55,117 nt of DNA from Ministeria vibrans ATCC 50519 (GCA_943704425.1 CALSCP010000241.1:1-55117); one strand, 5' to 3'; shown: positions 28,154 through 47,041, counted from the first letter of the stretch. Program-made: numbers and translations. The notes: a model not told the origin generated them from the sequence alone.

Positions 28154-31100
28154 TTACAAACTATTGTACAGAAATCGCTCCATCTCAAGCGCTTGAGTCC
28201 GCTCACGACGCAGCCGTTCGTCCAACGACAAAAATCGTTCGTTGACCGGAGTAGGCGAAAAGGGCGACAAGAGCAACGAGGGCGGTTGCTCTGCGGCGAT
28301 GTCGCGCCTCCTATTCGTCACCGTCCCGCGCGCTTCTTCTTCGCCTGTTGCACTACTTGTCGCAAGCCATGAACGTAACGACTCGTCGAATTTGTCCGTC
28401 TTGACACGCTCGGCACGCAGTGCCCTTGTATGCGCGTCCAAGAGTGGAGTCATCAGTCGAATGCGCTTTGCTTCGTCCACACTCACCGCCGTCGTCGCCA
28501 TGCTCGTCTCCTCCATTTCATGTCGATGTCGTTTGAACGAGGACGCGGGCACCACTGCTACGGGGCCCGATACGCTTAAGAGGGGCGCGCGCGCGGCCTT
28601 CGCAACCTGCTGACGCGACACATACACGGAGAGACCGCAAATGTCACGAGAGCCAAGCACCACTGTGAGACGTTGAACGATGGCACACTCGGCAGCACGA
28701 CGAAAGCGCTGAATGGGGTTGCGCAGTTGCAGCGCATGTTGCATGTCGGCGGCGAGCACAGCATCGGGCGCACCACTGGCAACACCGAGCAGCGCTATCA
28801 AAGGGGCAACGTCACACACGTCACTGCTGCTGCTGCTACTGCTGCTGCTGCTGATATTGTTGTTGAAGGTCACTCTGAGTTGAGACAAAAACGATTGCAC
28901 ACGCGCCGACTGCTGTTCGGTCCAGTGCAGCGGAGGCATGTGCAGGGTGGCATTGCCACGCCACTCGTACACCGGCCAGTTCACCGAGGTGTCCATTGTG
29001 GGAGCACAGAGAAGTTCCTGCATACGCGCCACCGCCTCGTTGAGCCAGTCGCATACATGATGTGCTGTGAGTGCGGTGGTGGACGCAGTCGTCTCGTGAC
29101 GCATCGCTTGGTACAGTTGCTCAATGACGGTGTCGCACACAAAATCGTGTGCGAGATCCACCAGTGGGCGCTGATCCACGTCCGGCTGGGGTGCCGTACG
29201 CTCGCCAAGCCAGCCAATGGCATGGCCAACGGGCACCATCTCACCGGCACAGCATACGACAAAGAGTCGTTCTGACACAACCCGCTCCGCCACTCGCTCC
29301 AACTGCAACATTTTATGGACATACGCAGCAAACTCAACAGGGTCGTCCGATAGGCCGTCCACACGAGCCACACAGCCGCCCGTCGACAGCCCATGATCGT
29401 AGAGCACAACCAGAGGTACACGAGCTGTGCCGTGCAACTCACGCACCAGTGCACGCAGGCGAATCCGATCGCACACCAGTGCCCAGCGCAACTCATCCGC
29501 GTCGTCACATGTGTAGGGCCCACACACAAACAACACTCCCGATGTCCCTAACAGCACATCCGCTCCTGCGCTGGCACTGTCACTTGAAGCACCTGAACTT
29601 GCATCCGAGTAGCCAACTTCTTCACCCTCATCCTCATCCTCATCCTCATCCTCATCCTCATCCTCATCCCCATCGTGCACTACAAAGTCCATGTCGTTCC
29701 CACTTTCGTATCCCTCCGACTCGCCACCGTCCGTTCCCTCGTCCTCGTCCTCCTCTTCTTCTTCCTCTTCCTCTTCCTCATCGTCGTAGGTCACCTCCTC
29801 GTCGGCCAACGTAAACTCACGCCGACACTCCTGCTCAACACTCTCCTCTTGAAGTGGGTCAAACCCGCGTCGAGCGCGCGCACACACATGCATGGTACAC
29901 GCCTCGTCGGCCCCATAGAGTGCGAGGAGCGACCAGCCACGCGTCTGCTCGTCGTCTTCATCTTTGGCAACCGCCCCGCGTGCCAACACGTTGCACACGG
30001 CGTCGCCCACGGCCGACTCGTCTTCGGGAAGCGACACAATCACCTTGAAGAAACAGTGCGGCGCCGACGGGTTGCGTCGGCGCACCGACGTGTGCACACG
30101 CGCTCCCACGTCGACCGTGTCAGTCGGTGGCAACTCGCGTGCATCCGCGGCCTGTCGCAAGCTCGCATGTTCCTGACGACGCTCCTGCTGGATGCGTGAG
30201 GGTCCGTCCAGGTCTAGCAGTGTGCTCGAGTCCAGCTGGAGACGCAATCGTGCCGTGGTGTTGGTGTTGCTCTGGCTCAGCGATGGTGCGTCCGTCCACT
30301 CGTCGTACACAAGCGACGAGTTGAGGGCGGCACGACTGGCGTCGGTGTCACTGGCGACATCGTCGTCATCGTCGTCGAGCAACGAAGTGTGCTCCACTCC
30401 AAGCAGCTTGCGAAGACGTTGCGCAGGTGACGCGTGCGACAGGGTAATGGGAAAGGTACGCAGCACATTGGCAATGTGCGTTTGTTTCACATAGAGTTGG
30501 TGCCAGGCACGAAAGCCTGCTCGAAGCGCGTTGCGTCGTGCCACAGCCTCCGCCAGCTGCCCGCTCACCATGCCTTGTAACAACTGGGAGCGCGTCTCAT
30601 CCAAGAGGATCGCCGCTTCGTGCTCCGCCACACGTTCATAGACACGTTGTACGTTCACTAAGGCCGCCAACGAAATCTCTCGCGCACACGAATTGAGCGT
30701 CTGCGCCAAAAGACTCTCGGCTGTATCCTCAGTGATCGCCTGCATGACACACTCGCGCGCTCGCTCCACGTCCGCCGCCTCCTCGAGTTCTTTGGCGAGC
30801 GACCGTGAGGCAATGCGACGTGCCTCGCGAGCCGTCGCTTCGGCGACAATCTCCTCAGCCTCGTGCGCAATCACTGTTTCCTGTGCGCGCACCTGTACCA
30901 CCGACTCGTGCGCCAGCGACTGGACCACTTCCTTGAGCACGGCCGCCGTCTCGGCCGTGACAATGACTGACAGTTGCCGTTGCGCAAGAGCACGCTCGCG
31001 CGCCTCGCCCTCGCGTTCCTTCTGCTGTCGAGCCTGCTGCCGTTGCACCTCTTGTTGGTGGACATTGGCGGCGGTGTCCGCCGCTGCTGCATCGGCACGC

Positions 31101-33825
31101 GCATTCTCGGCGAGTTCGACTGCCTGGTGGACATCGTCGGCATGGAGGGCAAAGACGGGAGGTAGGTCGTGATGAAGTGGACCAAACGACGAATGGACAG
31201 GGCGAAAGGCGAACGGCTCGAGAGGCACACCACCATTGACAAACTGACTGACGGGAACACCGGCAATTTTGCGCTCGATGGTACGTGAACGGTGTTGCTG
31301 AAAGGCGACGGCCGGCGTGACGGGCGACGCAGTGGCAAAGTGCACAGCGGACTCGCTGGCGCCGCATGAAATGCCGTGGTGCTCGAGAAAGGCGCGCGTG
31401 ACATCGTCGTTGTTAATTTCGAGAAGACGAGTGATCTCGGCGACTGGCAAAGGCTGACGGTAGGCACTTTTCATGACAAAGAGTGCTTTGCGACGCACCG
31501 CGGGCGCATGTTCATGCATGACACATGCAACAAGAGGTGTTGCCTCGCGCATAAGCCGAAAGTAACGCGCATAGTTGTCTTCTAAATAGGCGCGACGCAC
31601 GTCGATGGCAAAGTCAACCTCGGGCGACGCACGTATTTCGGCGGGCAGATCGAGGAGTTTGCGCTGAAATTGGTTGGTGGTGAGATTCACAATGAGATCC
31701 AGTGCCCAAAAGGTGGCTTCGTCGGGCACGGCAATGGGCTGAGCAAGCGCGCGATTCTGCTGGTAGATGTCGCACAGGGAGACAAGTGCATCGTGCAGGC
31801 CCTTGTAGTTTTGGCTAGCCGAGAAGGTGTCGGCGGGCTCTTCGCAAAGGGCGTGCGCAACGTAGGCGTGGAAACGAGTGATCTGTTCAAGGACAACCAT
31901 CGTGCCACGGTCATGGAGCTCCTGCATGGTAATGTCCTGACGAACGCCGCGCATACGATCCGAGACGAACGAGTAGATGGCGGTGAAGGACACATCGTCA
32001 CGATCGAGCAGCTGAGACATGAGGTAGTGCATGGTATAGGTGAGAACTGGCAGTGGTCGCAGTTCGTGCAGCAACTGCTCGTGCACCTCCGAATCGGCGG
32101 CGCCACGACGATAACGCTTCACAGCAAGGTAATGGTCAACGTGACGACCCTCGGCATTGGCGAGCACCTCAAAGCGACTAAGGTCCTTCTTGTAATCACG
32201 TTCGAAGCGTTCCTTTTCGGGACACATATCGGGACAAGTGCCCATATTGCGAGTTGCTCGCTTCACGTCCTGGCCTTGCTGCTCGAGTGCCGTGCGCTTG
32301 TGCTGTTCATCATCCTGGGCATTCAGCTGACCGTAGCGGGTGTGGGCCATCTCCTCGAGGGCAGCAGACGAGAGGGTGACACGCGCCCGTTTCTCATGAC
32401 TGACACGGGCTTTGGGCGGTTCAACAAGAGGTACGGCTGCAGATGCAGATGCAAAGGCAGCAGAGGAGAGTGTAGTGCGCTGTTGAGGCTGTGTTGGTGG
32501 TGCACGAAGAGTGGTGAGGGGCAAGGTGGTGCGCGTAGATGATGATGATGATGCCGATTTTGGCGGTGGTGCTTGGGCTGAGATAGCAGCTTGCACACGG
32601 CCACCAAGACGACTGGTAAGTCGGGATGTTAATGGCGCCTGGGGAGCGACGGGATCTCCTTCTTCTTCTTCTTCTTCTTCTTCTTCTTCTTCTTCTTCTT
32701 CTCGTTCTTCATCATCATCTTCTTCGTCGTTGTCATTGTCGTCGGGCTCATACGATGGGTCATCGAGGGCACCATTTCCATCTTCGTACTCCTCTTCTTC
32801 CTCGTTCTCATCATCGTTGTTATCGTCGTAGCCAGCCTGGTCGTCTTCATCCTCGTTCTCGACTTCAACCTCTTGCTGCTGAGTCTGAGCAATGGTTCGC
32901 CCCAAACGTGCCAGGAGACCACCCGAGGGTTTTGAATGCTGAGACTCTTGCTGGCGACGTTGCATCAAGTGCTGCTGAGCGACTTCGCGCTGTTTCAAAC
33001 GTGCCTGTTGTCGGTGATGCGATTCTTGCTGCTGCTGTTTTTGTTGCTGTTGAATTTTTTGTTGCTGTTGTTGCTGTTGCTGCCGTTGCTGCTGCTGCTG
33101 CTGTTGATGTTGCTGTTGCTCTTGTTGATGCTGTTGTGGTTGCGCGGGAGAGACACCAAAGGAGAATTTAGGCGGAGAGGAGGCGGCGGGCGCAGGCGAT
33201 GGGGCAACTCCAAAAGAGAACTTTGGGGGGGCGGTAGCTGAAGCGGCGGCGGTGGAGACGGCGAAAACGTTGGCACGTGAGAAAGGTGCAGGTTTCGAAA
33301 TGGGTGCGGAAGTGGTGGCAGAGGCGGGTGTCCACGAGAGTTGACCAGTGCCAATGGCAGAGCTGTGAACAGGGGGGTAGGCGGTCGATGTGGGTTCGGC
33401 TGGCTGAAAGGGATCGCTTGCGGTGGACATGGGAGAGAAGGGCACACTCTGTTGGTGGTGAGGTGCACCTGTCGCTGCTGCTGCTGCTGCTGCTGCGGGA
33501 TGTGTAGCCTTCCAGAAGATACGTAGTTTGACAGAACCCATCTGAGTGCCAGAATGCTTGGCACGTTGAGCGTCCGCCTTTATAAGCAAAATAAAAAATG
33601 AATTAAAAATAAAAAATTAAGAACGGAAACGTATTGGTTCGTTGGACTTACGCGATTGAGAAACGTAACGTGTGCAAACCGCTTCAGAGGAACACACTTT
33701 GGGGGGCCACTAAGAGAGCCAAACTGACCAAAGTGCGTGCCAACATCGCCAGGGTTATTGAGCTCGGCTGGAATACCTATGGAAGTGGCAAGGAAGAGAG
33801 AAATGTCAAAAATGCGATAGAGAGA

Positions 33826-33914
<89 letters not shown>

Positions 33915-33925
33915 AACAAAGTGAT

Positions 33926-33956
<31 letters not shown>

Positions 33957-35482
33957 GAGAAAGAAAAGAGAAAGAAACAAAGTAATAGAGAGAGAAAAGA
34001 GAAAGAAACAAAGTGATAGAGAGAGAAAAGAAAGAAACAAAGTAATAGAGAGAAAAGAAAGAAACAAAGTGATAGAGAGAGAAAAGAAAGAAACAAAGTG
34101 ATAAAGAGAGAGAGAGAGAGCGTGTGTACGTGTGTGTGTGACAAAAATTTAAAAGTACCAGTGACGTGGAGTGATGTATTGTTGGTAGTAGCTGCGTCAG
34201 AGGGAGGTGGAGCATTGTGGTTGGTGTTAAAATGCCCACCCACCGAATCACCACCAGCACTGCCGTCCATATCCACACTCATCATGTCACCACCCATCAT
34301 CATGTCGGGTGCGCCTCCCATTCCCTCTGCTGCTACTTCTGAGCTGTCGTAAGTGCGTGGCGGCTTCTCATGAAACCACGTCACTTTGACAATCTGTGTG
34401 CCAAATTTGGTCCCGCCTGATTTGGCGCGCACCGCATCGGCCTGAGGCACAAAAAAAAAAGTATATTATTTTCATAGTCGTGATAGACTATTCGGTAAAT
34501 GACGATGGAGCGTACTCTGTTGACAAACGAGACGCGTGCAAAACGCTTTGCGGGCACTGACTCGGGCACGTTCTTGAGCGGACCGTAGGGCGAGAAGTGG
34601 TTGGTGAGAAACTCAATGGTGTTGAGGTGGTCAGGGATGCCCGCGATGTGGAGGGTCGTGCCATCGCGGGTCGCCGAGCTCAGAGGATACACGGAGCCCG
34701 TGGTCGCTGACGAGGCGCCGCCTAACAGCAATAATCACAAGAGTCAAATGAAGTGCAATAAAAAAAAACAAAAAAGGAAGGGACGTACGAGAGGCACCTC
34801 GAGCGCCACGCGTCGAGCCGCGGTAGCCACGCGTGCCACGGCCACGGTATGATACACTGCCCGACTCGCTTGCAGTGTCCATGGCCATATCGTTGCCACC
34901 ACTTGGGAAGGTGCCCTGCGAGACATTGTCCGTCCCAAACCCAAACATGGCTAGGGAAGAAGATGAGAGGAGAGTGGTCGAGATCGAGCGTTGCTTACTT
35001 GCTGTGGTGGAACGACCCGCTCCCCGATAGCCGCCACGCAATGCTCGTCCTGTTGATCGCCCAGAGCGACCGCCACGAGAAGGAGGCGCACCACCGTCAA
35101 ATGCTACAAAAAGAAAATGGCGTTGACCCAATGCTATTTCTTCGTTCTCTTCTTTCGTACGCGTGTTTTCGTGCATCTGCGAGCCACCTCGACCAAATGC
35201 ATGTCCACCTCCTCGACGTGCACCGCGCGCTGAGCCCATTGAGACAAGAGAGAGGGAGAGAGAGCAAAAACGTTAGCAAACGAACCGTTTCGAGCAAAAT
35301 TACCTCTACCGCGCGTGCCACCTCGCTGCGGCGCACCGCCTCGACCAGGGTGTGACAGGGAACCGCCGGCTGCTGTGAGCCCCGGTGAAAGGGTCTGCAG
35401 CGCCTGCGCTTTCTGTGCACAAGCGATGTTGAGACGGGAGATGATCGCGCGTTTGTTGTACCTTGCGCGCTGCGTTGAACAT
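28154..35482 (-). CDS. MCM3AP: GANP/SAC3 (MCM3AP) TREX-2 scaffold with N-terminal RGG repeats, two RRM-like repeats and FG-like motifs
   Basis: SAC3/GANP domain GTCPDMCPEKER...AVKRYRR...LRPLPVL...FVSDRMRGVRQDITMQ and a C-terminal HCFFKVIVSLP. Upstream exons carry RGG tracts, two GIP..LN....HF..(Y/F)G RRM-like repeats, PKFSFG motifs and polyQ. The start ATG at 35482 is inferred. Confidence 0.85.
33818..34120. repeat. (GA)n microsatellite with about 6 AGAAACAAAGT(G/A)ATA units in a GANP intron
   Basis: Directly visible. Confidence 0.95.
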
Positions 35483-35655
35483 GGCCCGTCGCGACGAAAA
35501 GAGGTCAAAGACACCAGTTGGCGCGAGTGTTTACAAGGCGATGAGTACAGGAGATGTCAGAAAAGATTGACTGATAACTGATTGTACATAAATCAATCAT
35601 AAATTGTTGGTTGATTGCTTTTGTACATTTACACCACCGACATCTCTTTCTCCCT

Positions 35656-36029
35656 TTATCGCTTCTCCAAATGCATCACGTAGTTTGTAAGAGCCTCCAG
35701 TTGCCCCTCACTTACAAGACTCGCGTCCGCTGAAGCTACAATAAATCATTATATTCTTGTGAATAACTTGTCCGGACAAAGAACAAAGAAAGAAACAGGT
35801 GTGCACCTTTCTGTGGCTTCAGCGGCACCAGGAAGTCACCGTCGCGCGTCCAACCGTTCTCAAGAACAAGCGCAATGGTCGCCTCTACGCTGAGGCCCAC
35901 ACGCCGACTCACTTCGTCAATACGAATCGATGAGTAGCTCTCGGCAATCAGATCAAAACTCCGCCTTTGCAGAGTCTCTGCGCGAAGAACAAACACACAC
36001 ACACACACACCCACACACACAAAAAAAAG

Positions 36030-36065
<36 letters not shown>

Positions 36066-36746
36066 AGACGATATAGACACAGACAAGGTGAGAGGTGGTC
36101 AGTGGCATGCAGGGCCATGGATGCGTACGTTGGAGCCAGAGAATGAGGGGCTGGAGCGGCCCGTGCCACTCGACCTCCATTGCAGCGTACATAGACGAGA
36201 GCTGCTGCCGGAACAGGTGCGTGCCAATGCTCCACACCGACGAGATTACCGCATGCTTCTCCTTCAGGTGGTTTGGAATGCGCTTCCACAGATAGCGCGA
36301 CTCAGACCTGTCACATAGACACACAAACAGATGAGCAACGAAACACCCAAAGAAGAAGGAGGTGTCGTGGCAAGACACAGCGCCACGAGCGTCGATGGGG
36401 CAGACACCCCAACGTTGTGTGCTGGCTGAGAAGAGTGCCGCGTCGCACGATGGATGCGAGAGCCCAAACGAGCGACACAAAAAGGAGAAAACTCACCGTT
36501 CGTCTTTGAGAAGCAGTGCTGCAAGATAGATAGAATACAGGTCCTGTGGTTGGATTTCTGCGCTACACGACTTCTCAGCAAGCTGTAGGGCACAGAGGGA
36601 GAGCGAGAGAAGGAGGGAGAAGGAGAGGAGCGGAATGAGAGCGATTGGTCGAAGAGTCTTCTGCTCACCTGTAATTCGAGGGAAGCGCACGCCGTAATGA
36701 GCGCATCAATGTCCTGCTGTTCAATTGCAAGCGAGATGTCGTTCAT
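35656..36746 (-). CDS. COPS8: COP9 signalosome subunit 8; multi-exon
   Basis: ACASLELQ, IYLAALLL, SRYLWKRIP...VWSIG..L, RRSFDLIAESYSSI, GWTRDG and EGQLEALTNYVMHLEKR*. Confidence 0.9.
36360..36478 (-). ncRNA. Candidate intronic box H/ACA snoRNA in COPS8
   Basis: GC-rich island in an otherwise pyrimidine-rich intron, with the layout hairpin, ACACAA (ANANNA, 36415-36420), hairpin, ACA+3 nt; about 120 nt. Confidence 0.35.
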
Positions 36747-36803
36747 TGTATAACAATATGAAAAAGAAAACAAAGAATAAAATAATAAATTTTGAAGTCT
36801 CTT

Positions 36804-38278
36804 TTATTCGTGCACACTCAGCAATGCGACAATGCGATCAGTTTTGGCACGCGCGACTCCACAGTGAATGCGAATGTAGCTGGTACAGGCGGGTGCACCA
36901 AGGAAAAACATGCTGGCCGGGCAGACACCTACGCCGTGTTGCAGGGCCGTCTTTGCGGCGTCCATGTCCGTGTCACTCGCGTGGCGGAACATTCCGTACA
37001 TTGTCCTGTGAGCCAAACAAGATGAACCCCCAATGCGTGTTGGGTAAGCGTTGTGTTCTAATCTTACCCTTTGGGCTCAATCGGGATCCATCCGGTGGCA
37101 CTCGCAATGGATTTTGACAGCCTTCTCCCTGAGAAAGTGAAGAAGATACGCACATATCAGATGTGAACAGTCGGCACTTCTTCTGGTGGCGTACAGTTCT
37201 CCTGCATGAGCAGTCCCACTTCCCTCTTGTGACGCACAAAATCATCGTAGTAGTCCTTCAGATAGCGCGCAAGGGCATGCTGCAGCCATGGGCAACAGAT
37301 GTAGATGGGGTCTGCGATGCGCATGAGTTCGCGTGCCGTGTCCTCGCTCGTCACGGCATAGCCCACTCGCCACGACTGGCACCCCAACACCTTGCTGAAC
37401 CCACGGGCAACAACCACGTGCGACGGCGCTCCGTCTTGCAGTGGCGAAAAGTGTGCTGTATCGCCCCAAACCATGTCACTGTAGCACTGCACATAAAGAG
37501 ATTCAAGACATCTGAATGCGTTAATTCTCTTTCTTTCTACCTCGCCATTCTCCTTCTCCTCACCTCATCAACAAGCAACGTTGCTCCCGTGCGCTCTGTC
37601 AGTGCTACCAGCCTTCTCATGTCGGCCGGCGACCACACATTTCCGCCGGGATTGCCCGGGTTACACACAATGACGAGGTCCAGCGGTGCGGCTGTCATGA
37701 GCTGCTCTGCGCTCGACATGTCCGGCTCGAATGTGTCGCCCACAAGACGGAGAGGCACGATCTCTTTGTTGTCGCCCAGCGTACGGTCCAATTGGAAGGT
37801 ATGGTAAGTGTAAAAGGGCTCAAAGAGTCCGACGCGCAGGCGAGTCGCTGGTTTGCGTGCGCGCACCATCAGCAGTGTCCCAACGATACCACCAGACACA
37901 CCAAGCGTCGCCAGCACCTGATCTTCAGACACAGTCTCGCCATACTCACGCTGAACAAACGTGGCAATGGCTTGGCGGTACTCCAGCTCGCCCGATCGGT
38001 TCCGGTACTAATACAAACGAGATGGACATGAGTCTCTCGCGTGCGCATCGTCTCCCTTTGCTACCATATGCACTGTCGTGTCCATCGCGACTTCTGCCGC
38101 GATCGCTCGCAATTTCTCAGGCGGGGGAAGCTCGATCATGCCTTGGGCAAGCGATGGGATCTAGGGAGGCCGTGAGGCGTCTGTGGATGGGGAGAAAGCA
38201 ACGTACGTCTTTGGCGACGCAAAGATCATTGATGTCTCGCATCGTTGGGTTGGCCGGGAGCTCCTTGGCGAGATCCAT
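36804..38278 (-). CDS. PLP-dependent class I/II aminotransferase; multi-exon
   Basis: SLAQGMIELPPP, FEPFYTYH, CNPGNPGG, LLVDE/CYSD, GFSKVLGCQSWRVGY (PLP lysine) and GVGVCPASMF...YIRIHCG. Confidence 0.88.
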
Positions 38279-38476
38279 GCTGCGTATAGTCTGAGGTAGT
38301 GATAAAGAAGAATCAAGAAAGCTGACTAGCTGAGTTTGAGCTTTGATTGTGATTTGTGTGCACTGTGTGACTCACATGATCGAATTGAGTTGAGTCTTTG
38401 ACTAAAATGAAAAATCTATTAATAATTCTTTTACGGCTTTCCGTCCCCGTCCCCCTCTTCTCCGACAAGCTTTGCT

Positions 38477-44043
<5,567 letters not shown>

Positions 44044-44367
44044 AGAAATAATTTGAAATTTGAATAATAATATTATTAAGTTTTTCTTTCGCGGCATTCT
44101 CGATTTCTCGTCTTAAAGTCTACGGCGGAAGTATTGTGCTGCCTTTTGTTTTGTATATTGTCTTGTTTTGACATTGAGTACAGTTTCGTTATAATTTTAT
44201 TTTTCTTATTAATAAGTTTATTCTCCCATGTTACCTCTAGAGTTTCGGTCGAGTTTGCAAGGCGGTCTGGCTGTGTCTTTGCGTGGTGACTGTATCATTA
44301 ATAAATGGGTTGTATTCTTCTTCTTCTTCTTATTATTATTATTATTATTATTAATTGCTCTTGAAAC

Positions 44368-45284
44368 ATGTACGGCGGCCCTCCACGTGGTGGAAGTCGC
44401 GGTGGACAAGATCAGTTTTCGTGGGACGAGATCAAGGATTCGAAACATCGCGAAAACTACTTGGCGCACTCTGTGCACGCGCCCGTCGGCCGCTGGGCCA
44501 AGCTGCGCGACCCCACTTGGTACTATGGCAAAACATCGACTGCAGAACAGAAGTTGTCGGAGGCGGCGGAGCGACGACGCGAAATCGCCAAGGTCAAGGC
44601 GCAAGAAGCAGAGGTACGTCGACGAGGGGTTGAGACATGCATTTTGGTGCGCACTGCTGACGCCACGTCGACTAGGCACTCGCCGAGGTACTGGGCTATC
44701 GGCCTCCTGGAAGCACTGCCAATGCGATGGGGCTGACGGAGCAGGAGTACAAGGAGGCAACGAAGCGTGAAGGGGCGCTTGAGGAGGACGACCCGGACTT
44801 TGTCAAGGGCGTTGGCTTTCAGACGAAGAAAGGCTTTGGGTCGATGCGCGACGATACCTCAGGAGGGTTCACCAGTGCGATGAGGGAGCCGGGTACAGGG
44901 AGTGTTCCTGAGAGCTCGACAGGGACGCGTGCAGGCGACATGAAGAACAGCAACGACGGCGACGACCAGGCGACGTCGCACGAGAAGAAGAGGAAGAAGA
45001 AGAAGAAGCATCGCCGAGACGACGGCGGCGACGACGACGACGACGACGAGAGGAGGCATCGAAAGCACAAGAAGCACAAGAAGGAAGAAAGGGAACGGAG
45101 TAGAAGTGATGGTGAGCGACGACGGAGCGACGACGTGAGAAGAAGAGACGACGAGCGAAACAACGAGCGTCATGCGAGTAGTAGCAACAGCAGTAGCCGC
45201 GACCGTCACACAAGCAGCAGCAGTAGTAGCCGCGATCATCGGTCTCGTCATGACGACGATGGCGACCGACGCAGTCGACGCTAA
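44368..45284 (+). CDS. C1orf35: Multiple myeloma tumor-associated protein 2 homologue (C1orf35)
   Basis: [38 protein letters not shown]...DPTWY, one intron, and a Lys/Arg/Asp/Ser-rich tail. Confidence 0.9.
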
Positions 45285-45437
45285 CTGAGTATAATACGTC
45301 TTTATATCTTGTTTTGTTTATTGACAATATGCTGTGTCCAATAAGCAATACGTCCATTATTGATCTATTTTTCGGTATGTATTTACCCTGTATTTACTCA
45401 CATGGTACATCTATGATACATGCTACATGACCGCGGG

Positions 45438-46220
45438 TCACTGCGGCACATCCGCATCTTCAATCTGCGTCGTGGGACATCCCGTTCGGTACCAGTCCGC
45501 AATACGCTTGCCCTGAATCAGCCCCGTGGTCGCCACTGCAATGTTCACGGAGAACAGCAGCCAATTGCGCGGCTTGATCACCATCGAATAGCGCGACCAA
45601 ATCAGCCCCGTGGCAATCAAGGCTATGGGACAGAGTGCGCGCAGTCAGAGACACATTTCACCGACTGCGAATGCGCTTCTCACTCACCTGTGGTTTGCGC
45701 AACGCTGACATTTTCAACGGGTCGTCGCAAGTCGGAAAGTCCAGCGACCACGAGAGCCCTAAGCGGAGATGGAAATGGATATGAGAGAGACAAGAGAGAA
45801 ACGTGACAGAGTGCTTTCACGGCCGAAAACGAGAAACAACGACAAGTGCCGCTGCCAGAGACGCCCGGACGGCACTTTTCATAACACGTACACACAATAA
45901 TGAGTCACAGAGCAGAGAAATAAGAGATGTACGGGACGGGAGGGGCAAAAACAAAAAAAGCGTGATCGATACCATTTGAATGCAGGAGCCCAAAAGAACA
46001 CTGTTCGCGGACCTACGTAGAGAGTGGACACAGCCCAAGGCAATGGAGGGGAGAGAGAGAGAGAGAGATGGAGCGGCGTTTGAAGGGTTAGGATGGAGTC
46101 ACAATGGGAGAGAGAGAGTGAGTGAGTGAGTGAGTGTGAGTGTGTGTGTGGGTGGGTGGTACCAGCGTCGTGGTGCAGCATCGCGCGAAACGACGCAGCC
46201 GTCCTAGCCGCAATAGACAT
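45438..46220 (-). CDS. MPC2: Mitochondrial pyruvate carrier 2; 4 exons
   Basis: HDAGPRTVFFWAPAFKW, LVVAGLSDLRRPVENVS and ATGLIWSRYSMVIKPRNWLLFSVN. Confidence 0.95.
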
Positions 46221-46429
46221 GGAGACGTGCACTGACGGGGTCGATAAAAAGCAAACGAAAAAAGAAAGAAATGGAGATACTACTTACTACTCATCCACAA
46301 GTCACAACTCAATAAGGATTAAAATCCGAAATAGGAATGATCAGCACACATTTTTGCCTCTGCTCTTCCTTTCGGTCAGTAGGTTGTATCCCGGGCAGCA
46401 GCCATTGTCGTCAGCTCTGCGTCGCCTCC

Positions 46430-47041
46430 ATGTTTGCGGTGTACACGCGACTGATCCAGGCGTATCCCATTCCAGTGAAAATGGCAAGCGCCGCGACGCT
46501 CTCCAGCTGTGGCGATGCTCTGTGCCAGCACGCATTTGAACGTGTTGAGTCGCATTCGTGGACGAGAACGCGCAACATGGCGCTGTTGGGCTCAGTGATT
46601 GCGCCCAACTTGCACTTTTGGTAGCGCATCCCCTCACTCTGCACTGGCACTCCCCTTGACCCCCACCGCCTTCCACCACCGCCCTGTAGGTACAATTGGC
46701 TTGCCCGCACATACCCTGGCAACACCGCCAAGAACATGGTGCGCCGAGTGGCGCTTGATCAGCTCGTCTTCTCGCCGGTCTTTCTGCCCTTGGTCTTTGG
46801 CGTGATGGCCGTGCTGCGCGGCGAGACGGCGACCCTGTCGGAGCAGGTGAAGCAGCGCTACTGGCCCACGTTGACGACAGGCTGGGCATTCTGGGCGCCC
46901 ACCCAGGCGATCAACTTCCGCTTTGTGCCTCTGCAGTACAACGTCCTCTTCGTCAATGTTGCCGGTGTCCTCTGGAACTCCTACATGTCGTACGTCCTTC
47001 AAAGCGACTCGACCCGCATCGACAAGAGTGCCCACGATTGA
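46430..47041 (+). CDS. Mpv17/PMP22 (SYM1-like) membrane protein; 2 exons
   Basis: GDALCQ...WTRTRNM...PNLHFWY, RVALDQLVFSP and WAFWAPTQAINFRFVPLQYNVLFVNV...WNSYMS. Confidence 0.9.

Noticed and set aside
21392-32542. Long plus-strand ORFs antisense to CABIN1 and GANP (e.g. 21392-22180, 23836-24645, 31670-32542)
   Set aside because: These are shadow ORFs from GC-rich codon usage with no recognisable motifs.
33900-34110. Regularly spaced AGAAACAAAGTGATA units resembling a CRISPR array
   Set aside because: The spacers are low-complexity GA tracts in a eukaryotic intron and there are no cas genes.
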